From the NCBI GenBank assembly GCA_944371785.1, contig CALVXZ010000002.1:3033-67032 (forward strand): 64,000 nt of DNA, in the 5' to 3' direction. Origin of the DNA: an uncultured Clostridia bacterium. GTDB lineage: Bacteria; Bacillota; Clostridia; Christensenellales; DTU072. The position numbers were made by a program, and so were the translations under genes. The notes below the pieces were generated by a model. That model searched no databases. It was not told the origin of the DNA and worked only from the letters and a program-made list of their open reading frames with translations. Below, one piece after another: positions 56,798-63,769 of this stretch. The first letter of the stretch is position 1, and each line of letters begins with the position of its first letter.

Positions 56798-57619
56798 ATG
56801 AAAGCCTTATTTGCGGCTATATTCATAATGATTTTCGGAATCGGCGGCACCGCATACGCGGACGGCACTCCGCACATAAAAGTCGAAGGCGAAGTGTGGA
56901 TGGCAGACGATCAGGGCGTGCGGCTGTTCACGCTGCCCGAAAGCTACTATATCCGTATCAATAATCTGGACGAATCGTTTTATTACATCACCTTCAACGG
57001 CGTCAGCGGAAAAGTGGACAAAAACTCGGTAGTCACGGTGGGATACCACACGGAAGCCCCCGGAACTCAAAAGGATCTGACGATATCCGACGAATTCGGG
57101 GAATTTTCGGCGATAAATTTAAAATCTTCGCCCGACGTCGCTTCCGAATCGGTATGCGAAGTCCCGATAGACGCCACCATAGTCTTTATCGGCGAATACC
57201 CTAAGGAAAAATTGTGGTATTACGTCCGCTACGGCGAAACGTACGGTTATGTGCGCGCTGACAGAACCGATATGCCCACGCCCGATTATCCGGCTTTCGT
57301 TCCGGAGCCCGAACCCGATCTGCCGGCTTCCGCCGATCCCGACGGCTCCGCGGAGCCCGAAGACGCCGAGGACACGGTATTGAAAATCGTCGTAATCGCG
57401 GGGCTGGCGATACCTGCTCTGGCTCTGATAATATTCCTTTTCCGCCGCGGAGGCAAACGACGTTACCGTTACGAAGACTACGGCTATAGGCGCGGTGACG
57501 GCGAAAGATATTATTCCGAAAACGAACGCGCCCGTATCGGCGAACGCGACTACCGCAACGAAGTTTACCGTCCGTTCGACCGCGACGATTCCGAACGCTA
57601 TACCAATTCCGACGATTGA
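56798..57619 (+). CDS. Secreted/anchored protein with SH3b-like repeats, one TM and an R/Y/D/E-rich cytoplasmic tail
   Basis: Signal peptide MKALFAAIFIMIFGIGGTAYA. Two segments end in ..YYITFNGVSGKVDK and ..WYYVRYGETYGYVRAD (SH3b-like). A proline/acidic linker is followed by a TM helix (IVVIAGLAIPALALIIFLF) and a RRYRYEDYGYRRGDGERYY tail. This is the only plus-strand gene inside the module. Confidence 0.65.
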   Translation: MKALFAAIFIMIFGIGGTAYADGTPHIKVEGEVWMADDQGVRLFTLPESYYIRINNLDESFYYITFNGVSGKVDKNSVVTVGYHTEAPGTQKDLTISDEFGEFSAINLKSSPDVASESVCEVPIDATIVFIGEYPKEKLWYYVRYGETYGYVRADRTDMPTPDYPAFVPEPEPDLPASADPDGSAEPEDAEDTVLKIVVIAGLAIPALALIIFLFRRGGKRRYRYEDYGYRRGDGERYYSENERARIGERDYRNEVYRPFDRDDSERYTNSDD

Positions 57620-57621
57620 AT

Positions 57622-57936
57622 CTAAATGCTCTCCGTCGGTTTTTTCGTCTTTTTTCCCTCCAACGCCTTCAATTCCTTTAAAAGCCGTTCCTTTTCGGCG
57701 GCAAGTTCTTCGTCGCTATAATCGGAAAAGCTGTCGCCTCCGTCCAATTCCAGGCAGGCTTTCGCCGCGGAAACGTCGGGAGGGTAATATTTTATCTGGG
57801 TTTTTTCTTTTACCGCACGGCGGTTGCCGTCCTCGTCCAGAACGTATTCAATAACTCTTTCTTCCGCCTCCAGACCCTCGGCGCGTTTTCTGAGCCCTTC
57901 AATGACGCGCGCCCTGTTCTTATCGCTTCTTTTCAT
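57622..57936 (-). CDS. Small basic/acidic phage protein, possible terminase small subunit
   Basis: Start set to the ATG at 57936 with a GGAGG RBS. 104 aa. The YYPPDVSAAKACLEL segment resembles the PDxxAxxFxL segment of some TerS proteins. This assignment is weak. Confidence 0.35.
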   Translation of the reverse strand: MKRSDKNRARVIEGLRKRAEGLEAEERVIEYVLDEDGNRRAVKEKTQIKYYPPDVSAAKACLELDGGDSFSDYSDEELAAEKERLLKELKALEGKKTKKPTESI

Positions 57937-57974
57937 ACTGCCTCCGAATGTTTGTGTGCGCAAAAAAAGGGCTG

Positions 57975-58000
57975 TCCGCCCCGTTTCGAAAATCCTTCGT
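57975..58000 (-). terminator. Weak terminator or attenuator after the activator gene
   Basis: The minus strand reads GGGC-GGACA-GCCC followed by T7. The stem is only 4 GC pairs. Confidence 0.3.
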
Positions 58001-58016
58001 TTGCTTTCCGCCCCTT

Positions 58017-58508
58017 CTATCCGTTGCTTTTGCCGAAACGCGCGGCAAATCTGTAACCGGCATCCACCTCTTCGGCGGCGTCGATGAAGTACGGCTCCGT
58101 ATTAAAATATTCAAGTATGTTTTCTTCGTCAAAGCCCAACATCTCGACGTAAAACTGCACCTTCCTTAAAGCCTTGGAGCGTATGTACTTTAAACCCGAA
58201 CGGGTCAACCCGAAAGCCTTCATTATGCTTTCCTTGTCCTTCCCTTCGAAAAATTCCGCCGAAATCAGCTTTCTTTCGCGTTCGCTTAAAAGACCCAACG
58301 TCGCGTTCATCGAAGTGTGAAAACGCTTCAGAGCGTCCAATGTCATCGCCGCGACCAGATAATCGGTCAGCACTCTTTCGGCGTCTATCCCCGTAATGTT
58401 GTAATCGAAACTCCTCAGCCGTTTGATCCTTGCGGAATACTTCCGCTTCAGATCGTTCAGATCGGGATAGACTGTTAAAATAATTTTCGCCATTTTAGCG
58501 GACAGCAT
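58017..58508 (-). CDS. Sigma-70 region-4-like / ArpU-RinA-type phage late transcriptional activator
   Basis: 163 aa. LSERERKLISAEFFEGKDKESIMKAFGLTRSGLKYIRSKALRKV is a sigma region-4 type HTH. It is the first gene of the module, upstream of the packaging genes, which is the usual position of ArpU/RinA-type activators. Confidence 0.55.
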   Translation of the reverse strand: MLSAKMAKIILTVYPDLNDLKRKYSARIKRLRSFDYNITGIDAERVLTDYLVAAMTLDALKRFHTSMNATLGLLSERERKLISAEFFEGKDKESIMKAFGLTRSGLKYIRSKALRKVQFYVEMLGFDEENILEYFNTEPYFIDAAEEVDAGYRFAARFGKSNG

Positions 58509-58538
58509 CCGAATCCCCCTTTTTAGGTTTAAGATTTG

Positions 58539-58552
58539 CGAACATTTGTTCG
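58539..58552. promoter_or_regulatory. LexA (DinR) operator / Cheo box at the activator gene TSS
   Basis: CGAACAAATGTTCG (read on the minus strand) is a perfect palindrome matching CGAACRNRYGTTYC at 13 of 14 positions. It starts 7 nt downstream of the -10 hexamer. Confidence 0.6.
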
Positions 58553-58559
58553 TATTTTT

Positions 58560-58588
58560 ACTATATCACCGCTTCTCCGCAATGTCAA
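58560..58588 (-). promoter_or_regulatory. Near-consensus sigma-A promoter of the activator gene
   Basis: The minus strand reads TTGACA (58588-58583), 17 nt, (TGa)TATAGT (58565-58560). Confidence 0.55.
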
Positions 58589-58819
58589 GTCTCAGGGAAA
58601 AAGAAAAATGAGCTGTCCGAAAATTCGGACACTTCCTGCCGCCGAAGCCGCTCTTCCGGTAGCTTAAAAGGAGAATTTTATATGCATTTTTTTAAACGAA
58701 AAAAGGGTAATCGCGCGAAAAAAGCGACAACGATAAATATCGCGTCTTTTTTTGAAATTATTTGTGTTTTTACGGTTTTGAGGGTCTGTCCTTCCGGAAG
58801 CCGCGCCCGCCCTTTTAAT

Positions 58820-60427
58820 CTATCCTTTCCGGTTTTCGCCTTTTGCCGCGCCGCTCTCCGCCGCATCCGCGCTTTCGGTCGCTTTCGCGCTTTCGGTCGC
58901 TTTCGCGCTTTCGGTCGTATCCGCTATCTCCGCCGCATTTTCGGAAACGGCGTTTGCGGAAGAAGTTTTCTCCTCGGTCAAGGGCTCCGCTTCGCCGTCG
59001 GGCACGGGAACCGGCTTTCCCGAAAGAGCTTTTTCGGAAAACCGCTTTTTATAGTATATTATAAACAGCGTCGCGGTAAACGTCACGGCGATGACGTCGG
59101 CTACGGGCTCCGCCATAAATACCGCGGTGGCTTTATCCGCAGTGTAGATCAACGGCATTATATATATTAAAGGTAATAACAATATGAATTTTCTGGCGAC
59201 CGCAACGACTATAGACTGCGCGGCGGAGCCTATCGAAGTGAAAGTCATTTGGCACGCCATCTGTATCCCGAAAAGGAACATAGCCCCCAGATACACCCTG
59301 ACCATAGGCGCGGCATAGTTGATGAGTTCCGGCTCCGAATTGAACATCGCTACGAATTTGTCCGGTATCGCCATTGCCAGGATCCACAAACTCACCGAAT
59401 ACGCCAGGCTGGATGTCAGCAGAAGGAAGAAGCATTTTTTGACTCTCTGCGTGTTCCCTGCCCCGAAATTATAACTGATTATCGGCTGTGCGCCCTGTCC
59501 CAGCCCGTTCAGAGGCAGCAAAGCGAACTGCATCACCGACGAGCAGACCGTCATTGCTCCGACGGCTATATCGCCGCCGTACTTTTGCAAGGACGATTGA
59601 AAACAGATCAGGATTATCGATTCGCTGGCTTGCATCACGAAAGTCGCAAGCCCCAGCGCCAATACGGGCAGGATCACGGAAAACTTTAACGCAAAGAATT
59701 TCGGTTTCAGCCGCCAATACCCTTTTTTCATCAGGAAAAACGCCATGACCCACGCCGTCGAAAGCGCCTGAGAAATCACGGTGGCTATCGCCGCGCCCTG
59801 CACTCCGAATCCGAAAGCGTATATAAACAGAGGATCCAACGCTATGTTGGCGGCAGCGCCTATTATTACGGAGATCATACTGTAACGCGTGAATCCCTGC
59901 GCGGTAATAAAGGCGTTCATTCCCAGCGTCAACTGTACGAAAATCGTGCCTGCGGCATATATGCGCATATAATCCGAAGCGTATCCTATCGTGGCGTCGG
60001 AGGCTCCGAACAGCATTAACAGCGGCCGGTTGAATATCAGCAGCAGCGTCGTCAGCGTTACCGATATCGCTACCTGCAACATAAATGAATTGCCCAGTAT
60101 GCGTTCCGCACCTTCGTTGTCGCCTCTGCCCATTTGTATGGACGCTCTGGGCGCGCCTCCGGAAGCCGCGAACGCCGAGAACGCGGACACCAACATTATC
60201 AGCGGCAGGCATACTCCCAATCCCGTCAAAGCCGCCTGTCCTTCGCCGGGGATGTGCCCGACGTAGATGCGGTCGACGATATTGTACAGCATATTGATTA
60301 TCTGTGCCGTGACGGTCGGCACGGCAAGACGAAACAGCAGCTTCCCTACGGGAGCGCTTCCCAGCTTTTCCTTATCGGACGATCCGAAATTTTTTACCGA
60401 AGCGGCGTTTTCCATATTCAACGACAT
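58820..60427 (-). CDS. MATE-family efflux transporter with a repetitive acidic C-terminal tail
   Basis: About 12 TM helices, with the N-terminus PVGKLLFRLAVPTVTAQIINMLYNIVDRIYVGH typical of the MATE/NorM/DinF family. Confidence 0.85.
   Translation of the reverse strand: MSLNMENAASVKNFGSSDKEKLGSAPVGKLLFRLAVPTVTAQIINMLYNIVDRIYVGHIPGEGQAALTGLGVCLPLIMLVSAFSAFAASGGAPRASIQMGRGDNEGAERILGNSFMLQVAISVTLTTLLLIFNRPLLMLFGASDATIGYASDYMRIYAAGTIFVQLTLGMNAFITAQGFTRYSMISVIIGAAANIALDPLFIYAFGFGVQGAAIATVISQALSTAWVMAFFLMKKGYWRLKPKFFALKFSVILPVLALGLATFVMQASESIILICFQSSLQKYGGDIAVGAMTVCSSVMQFALLPLNGLGQGAQPIISYNFGAGNTQRVKKCFFLLLTSSLAYSVSLWILAMAIPDKFVAMFNSEPELINYAAPMVRVYLGAMFLFGIQMACQMTFTSIGSAAQSIVVAVARKFILLLPLIYIMPLIYTADKATAVFMAEPVADVIAVTFTATLFIIYYKKRFSEKALSGKPVPVPDGEAEPLTEEKTSSANAVSENAAEIADTTESAKATESAKATESADAAESGAAKGENRKG
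58869..58917. repeat. 18-nt tandem repeat (about 2.7 copies) within the MATE 3' end
   Basis: GCGCTTTCGGTCGCTTTC is repeated head-to-tail. It encodes the ESAKAT repeats of the C-terminal tail. Confidence 0.7.
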
Positions 60428-61203
60428 ACCGATTTTCCGACGTACAGATCCCGGTTATCGTAAAAACGGTATCCGAAATCGAAGATCCTTTCTTCGCCCG
60501 TCAGCCTGAGCCTGTACGGATCCGACTTGTGCATATACCTGTTCAATAAATACACTGCGGAAACGAAACCCGTTAAGAGAGCTAAGGCGAATATGTAATA
60601 TAAGAAGTAGTAGCCTATTCCCGGAACGTAATCCGGCAACAGCACATTTATTATGGTGCCGTCAAGTATCTGGAACGTGGTGGTGATGTTAGTAATATTG
60701 AAATTGTCCTTTACCAACAGCGCGTACATAAAGTAAGCGACTATATATAAGGGGATCCAATGCAGGTCTTTCAGCGAAAACTTCTTTTCGGAGGACATCA
60801 GAAAGGAGGTCATCAACAGCATATTGTGATTGAACATAGCGTTAATGACGGTGTAATCTCCCGCCCTGGAAAAATGTATTTCGGGAACGATTATCATCGT
60901 AAGCGTATACAGGCTCCCTGCGATAAATCCGCAAAACGATCCCAAAAAGAAGGTTTGCCGTGTAGGCAGCAAAACTATGATAGAAAGAGTGAAATAAGCA
61001 ACCGCCGAAAAATCGAAAGGGACCTCGCCGTATTTGATTATCTCCCCTGTCTTCCTGCCCAGGAACCAGACGGCAATGGCGACCAATAAGATTTTACGCA
61101 GGATCGGGCGCGACTTCGCCACGGTCAGTCCGAAGACGACTTCCGAAGCCAGCAGACCCAACTGCAACAATCCGTAATACCAATGCGCCCCGGTAAAGAT
61201 CAT
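60418..61203 (-). CDS. Polytopic membrane protein of unknown function
   Basis: 261 aa with about 7 hydrophobic helices. It overlaps the MATE start by 10 nt. Confidence 0.5.
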   Translation of the reverse strand: MIFTGAHWYYGLLQLGLLASEVVFGLTVAKSRPILRKILLVAIAVWFLGRKTGEIIKYGEVPFDFSAVAYFTLSIIVLLPTRQTFFLGSFCGFIAGSLYTLTMIIVPEIHFSRAGDYTVINAMFNHNMLLMTSFLMSSEKKFSLKDLHWIPLYIVAYFMYALLVKDNFNITNITTTFQILDGTIINVLLPDYVPGIGYYFLYYIFALALLTGFVSAVYLLNRYMHKSDPYRLRLTGEERIFDFGYRFYDNRDLYVGKSVCR

Positions 61204-61204
61204 A

Positions 61205-61990
61205 TCACCCCAAAGCCACCTCCAGCACCATCATCAACGCAAATCCTATCATTACGCCCCAGGTGCCGAGGTGCGAATTTTCTTCCATATGCGCGTCGGG
61301 GATCAGATCTTCCGCGACGACAAAAATCATAAGCCCTGCCGCAAACGCCAGAAACCACGGCTGAGCGACGCTTAAAGAGGACGCCAAAAAGTAGCCTACC
61401 GTAGCGAATACGGGTTCTACCACTCCCGTGCCGGCGCCCAACAAAAACGACTTCCATTTACTGCCGGTGACGTTTTGCATAGGCAGCGCGATGGCGGCGC
61501 CTTCGGGGAAGTTCTGTATCGACATACCGATGGCAAGCCCCAAAGCTCCCATAAAAGCTGCGGTGGTGTTTTCAGCCAAAGCTCCGCCGAAAGCGAACCC
61601 GACCGCAAGTCCTTCGGGGATGTTGTGGATCGTGACCGCCATAAAAAGTTTTGTGGTCTTTTTAAAATTGCTTTTAGGGCCTTCGGCTTCGCCGGAAACG
61701 TGGATGTGCGGCACGACCTTGTCGATGACCACCATAAACAAGCCGCCCGCCAAAAACCCGACCAAAGCCGGCACGAACGACCAATCCCCCCAATCCGAGG
61801 ATTGTTCTATGGACGGCAACATCAGCGACCATATCGAAGCGGCTATCATCACACCCGCCGCAAATCCCAATATCAAAGTGTTTAACTTAGGAGAGATCTG
61901 CTTCTTAAACAGAAAAACGGTGGCTGCGCCCAAAGTGGTGGCTACAAAAATGATAGTAAACCCTAAAATTGTAATTTCCGTATTGCTCAT
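61205..61990 (-). CDS. ZIP-family divalent metal (zinc) transporter, ZupT-like
   Basis: Contains HNIPEGLAVG and QNFPEGAAIA motifs, with 8 TM helices. Confidence 0.85.
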   Translation of the reverse strand: MSNTEITILGFTIIFVATTLGAATVFLFKKQISPKLNTLILGFAAGVMIAASIWSLMLPSIEQSSDWGDWSFVPALVGFLAGGLFMVVIDKVVPHIHVSGEAEGPKSNFKKTTKLFMAVTIHNIPEGLAVGFAFGGALAENTTAAFMGALGLAIGMSIQNFPEGAAIALPMQNVTGSKWKSFLLGAGTGVVEPVFATVGYFLASSLSVAQPWFLAFAAGLMIFVVAEDLIPDAHMEENSHLGTWGVMIGFALMMVLEVALG

Positions 61991-62268
61991 GACGATTCTC
62001 CGATTCGATTATATTTTAACTCTTCAGGACGAGTAATTACAACTGTTTATATAAAAAGCTTGTATTAAAAAGCAAAATAAACGGAAAACATCCTTACTTA
62101 CTCTGCGCCCCTCGCGGAATACCGAAAAATCGGCGGCGCGGATCAAACCGTTCGTACGTTTTCGGGATACTGTAACGGGCGTAAAAACCGACTTTTCAGC
62201 GCACCGAAAAATATGCTTTTTTCGATTTTGCAGATTGCCGCAACCGCTTTTGAAGCAAAATCGGCGAA

Positions 62269-62315
62269 AGTTATCAACATTTCGGCATAGTTATCAACAT
62301 AAAAATGTTGACAAC
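62269..62315. repeat. Iteron-like / DnaA-box-like repeat cluster
   Basis: AGTTATCAACAT occurs at 62269 and 62289 (20-bp period), with an inverted copy ATGTTGACAAC at 62305-62315. The core TTATCAACA is one mismatch from the DnaA box TTATCCACA. Confidence 0.5.
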
Positions 62316-62663
62316 TCTGTTTATAAACGGGATGATCGGAATTTCATTCCCGAAACGCGACGTTCAATATAACTTTCGGTACCCGAAAACGACTTGTTTT
62401 CCGAGGGTATCCGAAAGCGCGTTTTAAACGTGATTTTTGTCTTTGCATAACTTCCGACAGCCGCGCGCGGTACGCTCCGCAAAGCCGTCTTTGCGCAGCG
62501 ATCTGCATCTTCCGCCGCAACGATAACGGACGGAACTCAACCGATTTACGACAAAATCCGACAAAGTTCGTCGGGTTTTACGAAACCGATTTGCTGACGG
62601 AAGTATATTCGGCGGGGTTCGTTAAATAAATATATTACGTTTTTAACAAAATTAAAAAAACGA

Positions 62664-62693
62664 TAGACAAGTACGGCAGATATATGCTATACT
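62664..62693 (+). promoter_or_regulatory. Sigma-A promoter for the tRNA pair
   Basis: TAGACA, 18 nt, (TGc)TATACT. The tRNA starts about 15 nt downstream. Confidence 0.5.
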
Positions 62694-62707
62694 TTTTTAG
62701 CAAATGA

Positions 62708-62781
62708 GGCGCCATAGCCAAGTGGTAAGGCACGGGTCTGCAAAACCCTTACCCCCGGTTCAAGTCCGGGTGGCGCCTCCA
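62708..62781 (+). tRNA. tRNA-Cys (GCA)
   Basis: Folds as a cloverleaf by hand: acceptor GGCGCCA/TGGCGCC, D arm GCC-AAGTGGTAA-GGC, anticodon loop CTGCAAA, T arm CCCGG-TTCAAGT-CCGGG, encoded CCA. Confidence 0.9.
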
Positions 62782-62789
62782 TTTTTTTT

Positions 62790-62876
62790 GCCGTTATGGC
62801 GGAATTGGCAGACGCAAGGGACTTAAAATCCCTCGATGGCAACATCGTGTCGGTTCGACCCCGACTAACGGCACCA
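62790..62876 (+). tRNA. tRNA-Leu (TAA)
   Basis: Acceptor GCCGTTA/TAACGGC, anticodon stem-loop AGGGA-CTTAAAA-TCCCT, long variable arm, T arm GTCGG-TTCGACC-CCGAC, encoded CCA. Confidence 0.9.
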
Positions 62877-62881
62877 AAAAA

Positions 62882-62909
62882 GCGGATCGCTTTCCGATCC
62901 GCTTTTTTT
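62882..62909. terminator. Bidirectional rho-independent terminator
   Basis: GCGGATCG-CTTTC-CGATCCGC stem-loop, with T7 downstream and an A-run upstream. Confidence 0.7.
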
Positions 62910-62951
62910 GCACTTAAAACGCCCTGTTTTCGGGTTTTTTACGCCCCCGGA

Positions 62952-63482
62952 TCAATTTTCCAAAAGTATTTCGTGGATCGATCTGTACAGATCCGGAGCC
63001 GTTTCGGACCAGGAATTGCGGATACTCACCGCCAAAGCCCTGGAATCGACTATCAATTTCAGCTCCATCAATACTTTGTTCATATCCTGGATCTTTAAAA
63101 CCACCGTAAAAGTGCCGTCGGAGTTACGGAAAAAGTCGGAAACGAACTCCTGTTTTTTCCTGTAATCCAGGCGCGTATTCTTTATGTATCTTACGATGTC
63201 CTCTCTCAGCGACAGCGGCAGCTCGTTATAAAAGTACGCTATGCACGCCCTGCCGTCGGCGGTGATGCTTAACAGCGAAGCGTTGTTCCCGGGAAGAGTC
63301 GTCCTGGTCACGAATCCGCTTTTTATCAGCTCTCCCAGCACCTGTTTGCAGTACAGATACCTCAGCCAGTCGTTTTCCGTACAGCAGATAGAAAGAAGCG
63401 CGTCCTCGGTCAAGGGCATTTCAAACTTCTCCATTACGAACAGTACGACCAATTTGTTGTTTGTTGAGGTATCTTCGGGCAT
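62952..63482 (-). CDS. Small cytoplasmic protein, possibly a winged-helix regulator (DUF4364-like)
   Basis: 176-aa ORF. The N-terminal part (LVVLFVMEKFEMPLTEDALLSI...) resembles PadR-like winged-helix proteins. This assignment is weak. Confidence 0.45.
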   Translation of the reverse strand: MPEDTSTNNKLVVLFVMEKFEMPLTEDALLSICCTENDWLRYLYCKQVLGELIKSGFVTRTTLPGNNASLLSITADGRACIAYFYNELPLSLREDIVRYIKNTRLDYRKKQEFVSDFFRNSDGTFTVVLKIQDMNKVLMELKLIVDSRALAVSIRNSWSETAPDLYRSIHEILLEN

Positions 63483-63705
63483 ATTTTCCTCTCGAGTAGC
63501 GGAAGTTATTATAACACAAATAAAAAAAAATGGAAGTGCTTCGGGCGATTATCCGACAATAAAACGGCTTTTTCGCAAAGTTTTATACAACATCTTGTGG
63601 TCTGTCGCAGCTGAAACCACAATAATTTTCGTCCTCTTACGACGCCCTGCCGTATAAGGTTTGGGCTCCCGAACGGGGTACAATTTTCGTTATTCGTTCG
63701 GGCGG

Positions 63706-63735
63706 AAAAAAGTCCGCACAGGCTGCGGACTTTTT
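63706..63735. terminator. Bidirectional rho-independent terminator
   Basis: GTCCGCA-CAGGC-TGCGGAC, flanked by A6 and T5. Confidence 0.7.
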
Positions 63736-63769
63736 GAAAGCCGTTTATTCGTATTTACGAAACCGCCTT

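Larger units (their letters stand above)
47665..58588 (-). mobile_element. Phage-derived head/packaging module (defective prophage, satellite or domesticated particle locus)
   Basis: Contiguous minus-strand genes for activator, TerS-like, TerL, portal, scaffold, coat, three post-coat structural proteins and a holin-like peptide. It is bounded by a terminator (left) and its own promoter (right). No integrase, replication, immunity, tail-fibre or lysin genes are present. Confidence 0.6.

Noticed and set aside
47600-58740. A shared AAACGAAAAAA 11-mer near both ends of the phage-like module (about 47603 and about 58695), considered as possible attL/attR.
   Set aside because: It is a low-complexity A-run, too short and not positioned symmetrically. 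No integrase is present to use it.
58869-58917. The tandem 18-nt repeats, considered as a possible CRISPR array or regulatory array.
   Set aside because: The repeats are contiguous with no spacers and lie inside the MATE coding frame, encoding ESAKAT repeats. No CRISPR array or cas genes are present anywhere in the window.
58682-59170. A plus-strand ORF (162 aa) with an excellent SD (AAGGAG, 8 nt, ATG) in the spacer right of the phage-like module.
   Set aside because: After about 45 codons it runs antisense through the MATE gene tail, translating the tandem repeat as RAFGRF repeats. It has no motif. A short real peptide cannot be excluded, but nothing supports it.
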